Shown here in pieces: positions 1 through 12,509 of a stretch of DNA of 64,000 bases. Source of the stretch: Macrostomum lignano (Eukaryota). The stretch lies in contig NIVC01000905.1 in the NCBI GenBank assembly GCA_002269645.1, positions 124,001 through 188,000 of the forward strand, read 5' to 3'. A program made the translations under genes and the position numbers. Positions within the stretch are counted from its first letter, which is position 1. Every line of letters begins with the position of its first letter. A model generated the notes under the pieces. The model saw only the letters and a list, made by a program, of their open reading frames with translations. It was not told where the DNA came from and made no database searches.

Positions 1-201
1 AGGTCTGATCGCACCTCACGATCGAAGCCCTGACCCGGAGCAGCCACTAATTTTTCTTGCAATTCTTTCGGGATTCCACGATCCTTTCGAACAGTTCCGG
101 TGAGCACGGTCTTTTTGTCAAACAAGTAGATGGCCAATCTGTGTGACGTAAACCAACCAAAATAAAGTAAAATACTGGCACCGAAGCAGCTGAGCACTCA
201 C

Positions 202-2164
202 TGGTCAGCTGGTCAGACAGACGCGTGATGACGTCATCAAAACTCGCCTTCTGCACAGCCACCCGCAGCTCATATTCCTGTCCAGACTGCAGGGAGCCGC
301 AGGTGGCAGACGGAGTGGCTGAAGACGCAGTCGAGACTTCACCTGAGCCGACTCGCTTGCAGGTGAGCTGGTACGAGACGCCAGAAGTGCTGGATGGCTG
401 CCAAGTCACAGAGATGGCGGTCTCATTGGAGCTGTGCTGAGCTGAGCTGGCGTCAATGCCGAACAGCTCTGCAAATTTCAATGCACGAGTTTGTTTAAAC
501 GCTGTGAAATAGACGAATGTACCTAAAAAGCTTGAGAGGTGATGCAATAGTTTTTTCTTTTTAAGTTCAGTTTACTAAAGAGTTTAACTACTGAAAGTAG
601 CTGCGAAAACTGTTTTACTGAGAGACCTACTGTTTTTATTCTGTGTTTACCAGTAAAACATCGGTCATTACCGAACTGCCTCTAATTATAGCATATTGGC
701 CGATAATCCTGTTTCCGATGGAAGTATAGGCAATGTTTAAAGCGTGAATTACCTGATGCGCATTTAACTTGTATACCCCGTCATTCATTTTAATAAATAA
801 TAACACCAAGTAAAGCTATATATCAACTTATTAAGTAATGTTTCTCTACAGCCTCAGCAAAAGCAAAATATCAGCGGAAGTTTAGCAGCTCAAAAACCTC
901 AAATTCAATACAAATAATCGTGCATACGCACGTATAGAAATATAGATGTAAAATCCTCATTGCAGAAGCCAAAGAACTCAATCACTATTGCTAAATCTAT
1001 CCATGTGACTTTTATTGTGCTTTGTGATGTAATTTGATGGCAATGCAAACGCGACCCACTGTTGCCACCGCTACTTTGCTTGCAAAGATTTCCAAAGCAA
1101 AGCATCTGAAGGAACTCACTGGTCAGCTGGTTGGACAGACGCGTGATGACGTCATCAAAGCCCGCCTTCTGCACAGCCACCCGCAGCTCATAGGCCTGTC
1201 CAGACTGCAGGGAGCCGCAGGTGCCAGACGGAGTTGATGAAGACGCATTCCAGACTTCACCTGAGCCGACTCGCTTGCAGGTGAGCTGGTACGAGACGCC
1301 AGAAGTGCTGGATGGCTGCCAAGTCACAGAGATGGCGGTCTCATTGGAGCTGTACTGAGCTGAGCTGGCGTCAATGCCGAACAGCTCTGCAATTGATGAG
1401 CATCTCTGATGATTTTGGTTCCTACGGATGGCGGCTAAACTTAATTAATTCATAAGTAATTAGCCATTTAAAAGCAGCCATACAGGTATTAGGAGTACGC
1501 TTAATCCTGCCACTTACAGACTTACACAGCAGCAGCTTCAAGATTTTACGTTTATTAAGCAGAAATTTATTGGAAATTTTCAGCACAGCTCGTGACTATT
1601 ACCGTACCTGTCTGCCTGTTCACTGAGCAAGTCTGTCTTTATTTTATTTTTTGGTGTGAATGGCTTATCCTAGCAATATCCAGAACAGCGATTTCAATTT
1701 CAATAGATACATGCAGCTGTTATATAGTGCATAAGTATTCACAACTACGAGTAAAGTTTATGGCACATACAGTAATGCGACAGAATCTTGATATCGGCTT
1801 TTTATAAATTAGTTTGATCCGCCTTGCTATTGTTTGGAATCAGCAATTAATGTACATCGATCTATTTGACAATCTCTTTATCGAAGTACATTCAAAATAT
1901 TTTCAGTTTGATAATGGAGCTCACTGGTCAAAGCTGTGCCGTAAATGTAAAACCCAGGCGGGAACCCAGTCTTGACGGCTCTCACTGTGACAGTGACAGA
2001 GGCTCCGGATGGCTGGCCTGTGCACACAGCGGTTGTGTCTGGCACTCTGCCAGCGCAGCTGACTTCATACTCAACTCCGACATCGGGAGAGGCCGCCCAC
2101 CGGGCTCTGAAGCTCGTCTCCGTCACATCCGAGATGTGCACTGGTCCTGGGATATTGTTGAGTA
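202..2164 (-). CDS. R0: orphan FN3 exons B-C-C of an FN3 receptor paralogue lacking exon A; continues off the left edge
   Basis: Exon B 2164-1925 (240 nt), C 1386-1120 (267 nt), C 468-202 (267 nt). All have YAG acceptors and A|GTGAG donors, phase 1-1, and are open. FN3 pattern (W..S...V.Y.L.C...L..G.EY.L.V.V). No leader exon upstream; only the intron that normally follows exon A survives at about 3000-3067. Confidence 0.75.
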
Positions 2165-5100
2165 CTGAAATTGTGTTGGGAATCGTTGAACTGATTTTGT
2201 AAATTTTCGCGAGCTGCTTTGGTATTTGAACAGCATTAAATTTGTAGCAATAAAATTTAGAATACCAACAGAACTCATGTATGCCATTGTCACTGACGGG
2301 AAAACAGACGAACTTACAATCGGGGATGATCAAAACTGTATCAGTCAGCAAGATCTTCCGACACTTCCTGGACAATGTTTTCACTATACGAAGGCACACT
2401 TGGTAATAAACTGTTCTTATTTAAACTATCCTATGATCTGTCTGTCATGAGAGTTGTCTTGCAAGTCCATGAGTAGGTAGAGATGGAGCTTTAAAGCAAC
2501 GCATGCTATAGGAGGTTTGGTTTTGAGACAAAAGTTTACAAACAGGGTTTGTTTTTAGCGCTAAATATTGATTATATTGTTAAAGGCTTGACTACAATAA
2601 TTTAATTCGCAGCAATCCGAGTCTCAACTTGGTCTTTAAAGGTAAAAGAATGAATTTTTAGCATATCAAAAATAGCTTTACTTCTTGCACAGGTACTTAA
2701 GGATTTGTCTTTTGCTTGAGCTGCAATTGGTAGGAATCTGGTGAGACAACAGGGAACTTTTTTTAAAATTTCTTTTTTATGGCAAATTTAGCGTGAAAGT
2801 AATTCATTGAGAATAGACTAAGCCAGTAGCATGTAGAATAACTCATTTGTAAGATTTTCCCGATTTGCTTGGGAATGCTACAGCTACAATTATTAGGATT
2901 ATGGGGGGTAGCGGAAAAGTCTGTCCTTAAACCCCCTCATGACAAATTCAAACACGGAGAACTCATCGAATAATGAAAAGTTCAGATCAGTCAGAGAGTG
3001 AGAAATGCTAAGAATTTATTTAGCTACCCAGGTTGCCAGGTGTGGCACCCAACGGCGCACCCGAGGCGAGCCGCAGCGACAACCAGAACGACCACCAGCG
3101 GCACCACGACTGCCACCACGATGGTCGCTGCGCCACCTGAATGTCCTTTTTTATGTAGTCTGAATCTATCAAAAAATGTGTATCGTACATGATAGATATA
3201 ATATATATATATATTTCATATAATTCTGAATAAGCAATCATCAAAGCAGGGTTTGACAATCAGAGAGAAATCAAGTACCTGACATAACAGACTATCGATT
3301 GCTACTCAAAGGTATTTTGACTAGCAATCTAGTCCCCCTTCGGGGCCATTTATGGAAATATGGAGTTTTTTTATAGTTTGTGCAAACAGACTCAAATATT
3401 TGAGGTTCACTAAGTTTCACTGAGCAATGGAATCTCAGTCTCTAATGTCGGTCATTCACTGCAGGGATCTCCACATATTCAGCTGACTGAGTGGAACGTC
3501 CAACCACCGTGGCGTAATCGTTTGGTGCACCGCTGACTCCGCTGCCTGCAGTGCTGTCAGAAGCTGGCTTGACAGCTTTCTGTGGAGATCTGGAAGGGTT
3601 CAGTTGAAATTACGACACTTAACTATGGCTGTTAAATATTCGAGTCGGTGAGCACTCTGTAAAATTCGGGTGAAATCGAGTTACCAGCACCAACCAATGG
3701 CTCCCAGACCAGGTGCTCAGTTTGTACTTTAGGGACATCATTCAGCCAATGAACCTTTGTAGCATAACACAGGCTCACACAGAGTGCACATCGGTCCTGA
3801 CCACCTCACCATCAAGCACATGCACACAAATTAACGGAATCGAAACCGGGACTCTCAGTTTCTCTGCACCTTCCCAGCTCAGCTGCTTTGAGCACAAAAT
3901 TTGAGTCGCACCTGTTTTGCCGACGAACCCGAAGGAAGATCAGCGAAGCCGCAGCGATAGCCAGAATGACCACCAGCGGCACCACGACTGCCACCACGAT
4001 GGTCGCTGCGCCACCGCCGCCGTCTCCACCAGCAGTGACGAAGTTGAGCTCAGCTGAGTCTCCAGCTAAAGTCTGGCTGACCGGCGTCACCCTCACCGAG
4101 TACTCGGTGCCCGGCTGCAGCTGCCGCACTCTGACGGCGTACGCGTCTGAGCCGTTACCGCTGTTGTTGACGTACTGGGTGCTGGCGCACGTCCTGGACA
4201 GCAGGTCCAGAAGGCTTCCCGTGGTGCAGAAGAGCAACTGGCAGCCGGCGTTGGTGGAGTTCAGCACCAGCAGCTGCGAGCAGACATTGGAAGCCACCTT
4301 GAACACCTGCGGAATGTCATGAAATGCCTCGTGCGAAATGAACCATTCAGTAGCTTCAATCAAAGTACTCGTGATTCTCACCTGCACAGCGAACGCCTGC
4401 AGCAGGCCGTTTGGCAGCCGCGGCTCCTCGAACTCCACCAGCGCCTCCGCCTCCGAGGGCGTCGCCCGAAGGCCGCCGACGGCGACGCTGCGAGTCTCCG
4501 GGCTGCGGAAGGAGGCGGAGGCGACGGCGCCGGGCCCCGCGAGGTTCACCGGCCACAGCGAGGCGCCGTACTCGGTCCAGGGTAGCAGCGAGCTCGGCGA
4601 GGCGCCCTTGGAGCTGACGGCGACCTCCGCGGACAGCGAGGCGTCGCCGAACTCGAAGGTCTGCACGAGCACCGGCGCTGAGCAGTCGGCCGTGAGGGCC
4701 TCGAGCCGCTGCCGGGCCTCCTCCGACTGCAGCTGGAGGCGGTGGCGGCCGCAGTCGGAGCAGTTCAGCCGCCGGGCCGCCGCGCAGCCGCCCGGACCGT
4801 CCAGTCGCAGCTCGAACTCGAACACGACGCCCCGGCCGAGCTCGGGCTGAGCGGCTTCCAGCTGAGGCGGACGGGACCGCCAGGGACCGCCAGCGGCTGC
4901 AGGCCGCCGGACACCGCGGGCGCCTCGCCATCGGGCAGCCGCCGCTCCGCCCTGTCGCTGCCGCGGATGCAGCCGCCGCCCGTGCAGGCGCTGACGCGGC
5001 AGAAGCCGACGTGGCCCGGCAGCGGCGGCGGCGCGAGCGGCAGGCGGGTCATGTCGGCCGCCGCCTCCTTGGCTCCGATGCGAATCTCAGCGCCGTCCGG

Positions 5101-5531
5101 GAAGCTCAGCGAGCCCCAGGCCACTGAGTAGTTGCGGATGACGCCGTTCGGCTCGCTGGGAGTCCGCCAGTCGCATAGCAACTGCGATGACGCATCGTCC
5201 AGCCTCACCGACTGCGGCTGCGACGGCGCGTCCTCCAGCGTTCGAACCTCCGACCTCTGGGGCAGCGAGGCCAGGCCCGACAGCTCGGCGACCGCCTCCA
5301 CCGAGTAGTTGGTGAACGGCCTCAGCGGCTGCAGAGCCACGGTGCACCTGCCGGAGTCCGGCCGGCAGCTGTTGGTAGCAGCAGCGAAGTCCCCACTGTC
5401 TGCGTGGGCGGCCGCAGTCAACCGCTCGGAGCCGGAGCTGGCAGTCAGCGACACCTCGACGGCGCGCTTGTCCGGCAGCAGCGACACAAAAGGGCTGCCG
5501 GGCGCTGCGGGACGGCGGCGGGGAAACCGGG

Positions 5532-5730
5532 CTCAGAACCAACACTCACTCAGAACCAACACTCACTCAGAACCAACACTCACTCAGAACCAACACTCAC
5601 TCAGAACCAACACTCACTCAGAACCAACACTCACTCAGAGCCAAGACTCACTCAGAACCAACACTCACTCAGAACCAACACTCACTCAGAACCAACACTC
5701 ACTCAGAACCAACACTCACTCAGAACAAAG
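5532..5730. repeat. 18-bp minisatellite (cagaaccaa[c/g]actcact), F-E intron of R1
   Basis: Direct tandem repeats; homologous arrays in R2 and R5. Confidence 0.95.
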
Positions 5731-6111
5731 ACTGAGCTGAACTCACGCATCTGCAGCTGCTCAGCGATGACGATCTCCGAGCTCTCCTGCCTCAGCCCGG
5801 ATTTGTTGGCCACGGCAGTCACCGCCACTGTCAGCTTCAGCGAGAGCAGCTCCGCCTCCGCCAGGCTCAGCAGCAGCCGCGTCGAGTTGAACGCAGCCTC
5901 CCTCAGCAAGTTGGGCTTCGAGACGCTGCTCACGCGGAACTGCAGCAGGTCGGCGCCATCGGCAGCGCTGGACGTCCAGTTGAGCAGCAGCACCGCCTCG
6001 GCGGGCTGCGACTCGCTCGGCTGCGACACCGCGGCCGCGGCTGAGGGTCGGCTGGCGGGGTCCGGGATGAGCAGCGGCCCTGGGGAGGGTGGGGAGATCG
6101 GGATTGAGATC

Positions 6112-6490
6112 GAGCTGAGTGACACTGTGAGCTGAGTGATACTGTGAGCTGAGTGACACTGTGAGCTGAGTGACACTGTGAGCTGAGTGACACTGTGAGC
6201 TGAGTGACACTGTGAGCTGAGTGACACTGTGAGCTGAGTGACACTGTGAGCTGAGTGACACTGTGAGCTGAGTGACACTGTGAGCTGAGTGACACTGTGA
6301 GCTGAGTGACACTGTGAGCTGAGTGACACTGTGAGCTGAGTGACACTGTGAGCTGAGTGACACTGTGAGCTGAGTGACACTGTGAGCTGAGTGACACTGT
6401 GAGCTGAGTGACACTGTGAGCTGAGTGACACTGTGAGCTGAGTGACACTGTGAGCTGAGTGACACTGTGAGCTGAGTAACACTGTGAGCT
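6112..6490. repeat. 17-bp minisatellite (gtgacactgtgagctga), intron upstream of exon F in R1
   Basis: Near-perfect tandem repeats. Confidence 0.95.
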
Positions 6491-8183
6491 TGGTGGCACC
6501 ATGAGCTGCAGAGCTAGAAGGCAAGCAAGGTGGCGAAAGTATTTTGTAATGTATCACTAATAGGTAATTACAAATAGGTAATTACAACAATTACAAATAT
6601 TGTTGAAGCTCACTGGTCAAAGCTCTGCCGTAAATGTAAAACCCAGGCGGGAACCCAGTCTTGACGGGTCTCACTCTGACAGTGACAGAGGCTCCGGATG
6701 GCAGTCCTGTGCACACAGCGGTTGTGTCTGGCACTGTGCCAGCGCAGCTGACTTCATACTCGACTCCGACATCGGGAGAGGCCGCCCACCGGGCTCTGAA
6801 GCTCGTCTCCGTCACATCCGAGATGTGCACTGGTCCTGGGATATTGTTGAGTACTACAATTGTGTTGGGAATTTTGCTTAACTGATGTTGTGAAGTTTCG
6901 CAAGCTGGTTTGGTATTTTTAGCAGCAATAAATTAGTATCAAATAATAATTGGAATACTGACGAAGCTTAGAATAATCGAATTGATTTGTTAGAGTGAGA
7001 AATGCTATGATCTCACGAGCGTATTTACACTCGTAAAAATCCAGGAAAATTCAGGTGGCCAAAGTGTGGCAGCCAGCGTGGCACCTAAAGTGCATTCTGT
7101 ACTGAATTTTCAGCTTCATTCTCACCTGTCCTTCCAGAAAGATGGAATGCAGGGCTGAGGCTGCAATTCCGAAGTCCTGCCTGGATGGAGAAGTTGTACT
7201 CAGTAGCCGCTGTGAGACCTCGAAACGTGAATGTCTCATCTGTAGTGTTGTGCTGCCGACTTGGACAGCTGGGGCAGTTTACTATGTAAAAGTACCCTGT
7301 GATTTTACGGTCTGGTTGCAGCCAATCAACTGTTATTGATGAATTTGTAGTAGAGCGAACAGCAGCCACTGTCACAGGATCCACCTGACCCGGCACCAGT
7401 TTTCCACACGACGTGCCTTGAGCAGCCGCCTCATCGCACAGCAGCAGAGCAGCTGCAGCAACCAGAAGCAGCCAGCAGCAGCAACTGCAGCGGAAGAGAC
7501 GTCGGGCTCCAGCAGACACGCAGTGCATTTTGCGAGTTTGAAAAATAAAAATTTGAGTTTGAAAACAAAATTCGCATGCTGAGCCGAGCGCAGACCTTAA
7601 ACTGAAATATGTAAAATTATTGCGATAATTTGCTATCGCCTGTTTGTCAATAAATGGAGCTCGTGCGCACCTGCTCTTATCTGCTGCAGTCCGGAGCTAC
7701 CTGGAAAATATCGACTTATGGACCCGATAATTAAGTACTCAAAAAATGGTCAGTCATTTTTCCACACAATGTCACCTTTGAGCAACCGACTCAGCTTCAG
7801 CTGACATTTTTCGAGTCTGGCAACGCTCGCCAAGTCAGCCTGAGCTCAGCTAATGTATAAAAACAGGGCCATCAGCTGAGTCGCCATGTTGCGAACAGTC
7901 ATGCATATTTTTGCTGAAGACTTGTTTATCTGTGGCTTCGTTCAGCCATGCGCAGCAGAGGCGCAGCTGTAATTCTTATCTGCAGTTTCAACAGCTGATA
8001 TTGAGCAGCTCAGAGTACATGTAGGGCAGAGCAGCGGCATGCATTTCTGGCTGTCAGTTGGAATGTCCTTTTGCAGTGTTGAGCTCTCTGGTTTTGCATC
8101 ACGGAATCACAGGTGTTTCTGTTGTCAGTTTGCTCATGGCATTCTTCAAAATACAATTTTAATTTTGATATCCATATTAACAG

Positions 8184-8490
8184 TCTGAATGCCATTCTCT
8201 GCAATCTGAATGTCATTCTCTGCAATCTGAATGTCATTCTCTGCAATCTGAATGTCATTCTCTGCAATCTGAATGTCATTCTCTGCAATCTGAATGTCAT
8301 TCTTTGCAATCTGAATGTCATTCTCTGCAAACTGAATGTCATTCTCTGCAGTCTGAATGTCATTCTCTGCAATCTGAATTTCATTCTCTGCAATCTGAAT
8401 GTCATTCTCTGCAATCTGAATGTCATTCTCTGCAAACTGAATGTCATTCTCTGCAATCTGAATGTCATTCTCTGCAAACTGAATGTCATC
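8184..8490. repeat. 21-bp intergenic minisatellite (ctgaatgtcattctctgcaat) between R2 and R1
   Basis: Tandem repeats; a 23-bp variant occupies the paralogous position at 15619-16160. Confidence 0.95.
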
Positions 8491-11430
8491 CTAATCGGTA
8501 ACCAGAAATGGAAATTTTAAACTACTTTGGTTAGAAATAGGTATGTTTATCATAAGCAACAGTTGTATGACTATATTTCATGTAATACTGAATAAGCAGT
8601 TATCAATGCAGGGTTTGAAAGTCAGAGAGAAATCAACAACAATGACATCATAGACGATCGATTTCTACTCATTAGTAGAATTGTTCTATCAGGTCTGAGA
8701 AGAGATATGGAAATTCAGTTTTCATTAGTATAGTCAATCAATGCAATGATTAGTTCTCAATGTCTCAGACATACAGTCTGTAATCTGGCTGTACTTCAAT
8801 TACAGTTTGTGCAAAATGACTCAAATCTTGAGGTTCATTTAGTTTCACTGAGCAATGGAATCTCAGTCTCTAATGTCGGTCATTCACAGCAGGGATCTCC
8901 ACATATTCAGATGACTGAGCGGAACCTCCAACCACCGTGGCGTAATCGTTTGGTGCACCGCTGACTTGACTGCCTGCGGCGATGTCAGAAGCTGGCTTGA
9001 CAGCTCTCTGTGGAGATCTGGAAGGGCTCAGTGAAATGACGGCATTTGTTAAATCGAGTTGGTGAGCACTCTGTAAAATTCGGGTGAGTTCGAGCCACCA
9101 GCACCAACAAATGGCTCACAGACCAGGTGTTCAGTCTTTAGTTTTAAGGGCAGCTCGTGGCACCGCCGCGACCCCCATTCTGCTAATTAACCTTTGTAGC
9201 ATAGCACAGGCACGTGCTCACCCAGGTTGTCTGTACATCGGCCCTGACCACCTCACCATCAGGCACGTGCACACAGATTAACGGAATCGAAACTAAAGAC
9301 TCTAAGCTTCTCTCCACCTTCCCAGCTCAGCTGCTTTGAGCACAGAAATGCGTCGCACGTGTTTTGCCGACGAATCCGAAGGAAGATCAGCAAAGCCGCA
9401 GCGACAACCAGAATGACCACCAGCGGCACCACGACTGCCACCACGATGGTCGCTGCGCCATCTGAATGTCCTTTTTTATGTAGTCTGAATCTATCAAAAA
9501 GTGTGTATCGTACATGATAGATATAATATATAATAGATATAATAGTTGGTGAGCACTCTGTAAAATTCGGTTGAGTTCGAGCCACCAGCACTAACCAATG
9601 GCTCTCAGACCAGGTGCTCAGTTTGTAGTTTGGGGACATCATTCAGCCAATGAACCTTTGTAGCATAACACAGGCTCACACAGAGTACACATCGGCTCTG
9701 ACCTCACAATCAGGTACGTGCACACAAATTAACGGAATCGAAACACGGACTCTCAGTTTCTCTGCACCTTCCCAGCTCAGCTGCTTTGAGCACAAAATTT
9801 AAGTCGCACCTGTTTTGCCGACGAATCCGAAGGAAGATGAGCGAAGCCGCAGCGATAGCCAGAATGACCGCCAGCGGCACCGCGACTGCCACCACGATGG
9901 TCGCTGCGCCACCGCCGCCGTCTCCACCAGCAGTGACAAAGTTGAGCTCAGCTGAGTCTCCAGCTAAAGTCTGGCTGACCGGCGTCACCCTCACCGAGTA
10001 CTCGGTGCCCGGCTGCAGCTGCCGCACTCTGACGGCGTACGCGTCTGAGCCGTTCGCGCTGTTGTTGACGTACTGGGTGCTGTCGCACGTCCCGGACAGC
10101 AGGTCCAGAAGGCTTCCCGTGGTGCAAGAGGGCAACTGGCAGCCGGCGTTGGTGGAGTTCAGCACCAGCAGCTTCGAGCAGACATTGGAAGCCACCTTGA
10201 ACACCTGCGGAATGTCATGAAATGCCTCGTGCGAAATGAACCATTCAGTAGCCTCAATCAAAGTACTCGTGATTCTCACCTGCACAGCGAACGCCTGCAG
10301 CAGGCCGTTTGGCAGCCGAGGCTCCTCGAACTCCACCAGCGCCTCCGCCTCCGATGGCGTCGCCGTCAAGCCGCCGACGGCGCCGCTGCGAGTCTCCGGG
10401 CTGCGGAAGGAGGCGGAGGCGACGGCGCCGGGCCCCGCGAGATTCACCGGCCACAGCGAGGCGCCGTACTCGGTCCAGGGCAGCAGCAAGCTCGGCGAGG
10501 CGCCCTTAGAGCTGACGGCGACCTCCGCCGACAGCGAGGCGTCGCCGAACTCGAAGGTCCGCACGATCACCGGCGCTGAGCAGTCGGCCGTCAGGGCCTC
10601 AAGCCGCTGCCGGGCCTCCTCCGACTGAAGCTGGAGGCGGTGGCGGCCGCAGTCGGAGCAGTTCAGCCGCCGGGCCGCCGCGCAACCTCCCGGACCGTCC
10701 AGTCGCAGCTCGAACTCGAACACGACGCCCCGGCCGAGCTCGGGGCTGAGCGGCTTCCAGCTGAGGCGGACGGGACCGCCAGGGACCGCCAGCGGCTGCA
10801 GGCCGCCGGACACCGCGGGCGCCTCGCCATCGGGCAGCCGCCGCTCCGCCCTGTCGCTGCCGCGGCTGCAGCCGCCGCCCGTGCAGGCGCCGACGCGGCA
10901 GAAGCCGACGTGGGCCGGCAGCGGCGGCGGCTCCAGCGGCAGGCGGGTCATGTCGGCCGCCGCCTCCTTGGCTCCGATGCGAATCTCAGCGCCGTCCGGG
11001 AAGCTCAGCGAGCCCCAGGCCACCGAGTAGTTGCGGATGACGCCGTTCGGCTCGCTGGGAGCCCGCCAGTCGCATAGCAACTGCGATGATGCATCGTCCA
11101 GCCTCACCGACTGCGGCTGCGACGGCGCGTCCTCCAGCGTTCGAACCTCCGACCTCTGGGGCAGCGAGGCCAGGCCCGACAGCTCGGCGACCGCCTCCAC
11201 CGAGTAGTTGGTGAACGGCCTCAGCGGCTGCAGAGCCACGGTGCACCTGCCGGAGTCCGGCCGGCAGCTGTTGGTAGCAGCAGCGAAGCTCCCGCTGTCT
11301 GCGTGGGCGGCCGCAGTCAGCAGCTCGGAGCCGGAGCTGGCAGTCAGCGACACCTCGACGGCGCGCTTGTCCGGCAGCAGCGACACCAAAGGGCTGCCGG
11401 GCGCTGCAGGACGGCGGCGGGGAAACCGGG

Positions 11431-12120
11431 CTCAGAACCAAGACTCACTCAGAACCAAGACTCACTCAGAACCAAGACTCACTCAGAACCAAGACTCACT
11501 CAGAACCAACACTCACTCAGAACCAACACTCACTCAGAACCAACACTCACTCAGAACCAAGACTCACTCAGAACCAAGACTCACTCAGAACCAAGACTCA
11601 CTCAGAACCAAGACTCACTCAGAACCAACACTCACTCAGAACCAACACTCACTCAGAACCAAGACTCACTCAGAACCAACACTCACTCAGAACCAAGACT
11701 CACTCAGAAACAACACTCATTCAGAACCAAGACTCACTCAGAACCAAGACTCACTCAGAACCAAGACTCACTCAGAACCAAGACTCACTCAGAACCAACA
11801 CTCACTTAGAACCAAGACTCACTCAGAACCAAGACTCACTCAGAACAAACACTCACTCAGAACCAACACTCACTCAGAACCAACACTCACTCAGAACCAA
11901 CACTCACTCAGAACAAAGACTCACTCAGAACCAAGACTCACTCAGAACCAAGACTCACTCAGAACCAAGACTCACTCAGAACCAAGACTCACTCAGAACC
12001 AAGACTCACTCAGAACCAAGACTCACTCAGAACCAACACTCACTTAGAACCAACACTCACTCAGAACCAACACTCACTCAGAACAAAGACTCACTCAGAA
12101 CCAAGACTCACAACAAAGAC
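11431..12120. repeat. 18-bp minisatellite, F-E intron of R2
   Basis: Same unit as 5532-5730, about 3.5 times longer. Confidence 0.95.
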
Positions 12121-12509
12121 TCTGAGCTGAACTCACGCATCTGCAGCTGCTCAGCAATGACGATCTCCGAGCCCTCCTGCCTCAGCCCGGATTTGTTGGC
12201 CACGGCAGCCACCGCCACCGTCAGCTTCAGCGAGAGCAGCTCCGCCTCCGCCAGGCTCAGCAGCAGCCGCGTCGAGTTGAACGCAGCCTCCCTCAGCAAG
12301 TCGGGCTTCGAGGCGCTGCTCACGCGGAACTGCAGCAGGTCGGCGCCCTCGGCAGCGCTGGAAGTCCAGTTGAGCAGCAGCACCGCCTCAGCGGGCTGCG
12401 ACTCGCTCGGATGCGACACCGTGGCAGCGGCTGAGGGTCGGCTGGCGGGGTCGGCGATGAGCAGCGGCCCTGGGGAGGGCGGGGAGATGGAGATTGAGAT
12501 TGAGCGGAT

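Larger units (their letters stand above)
3442..7528 (-). pseudogene. R1: type I membrane FN3-repeat receptor (A-B-F-E-G-T) with a 1-bp frameshift in exon E
   Basis: Exons 7528-7126, 6853-6614, 6079-5747, 5504-4382, 4306-3912, 3589-3442. Signal peptide MHCVSAGARR..LLLVAAAALLLCDEAAAQG; TM AATIVVAVVVPLVVILAIAAASLIFL followed by RVRR; tail ending NDYATV..AEYVEIPAVNDRH*. Exon E is 1123 nt versus 1124 in R2 and R5 (ctcggg-ctga at 4851 versus ctcggggctga). A homopolymer sequencing error is possible. Confidence 0.75.

Noticed and set aside
3600-3740. Extra cytoplasmic exon between G and T (LVWEPLVGAGNS..)
   Set aside because: G (phase 2) joins T directly in frame; no convincing splice sites for an intervening exon.
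4307-4381. In-frame 75-nt E-G segment (VRITSTLIEATEWFISHEAFHDIPQ) as coding
   Set aside because: GT-AG bounded; the R3 copy begins GTG TGA and the R5 copy is replaced by a minisatellite, so it is an intron.
4319-5545. Overlapping antisense and alternative-frame ORFs on exon E (and equivalents at 10.2-11.4, 17.4-18.1, 62.5-63.8 kb)
   Set aside because: Expected in very GC-rich coding DNA; Arg/Ala/Pro-rich with no domain signature.
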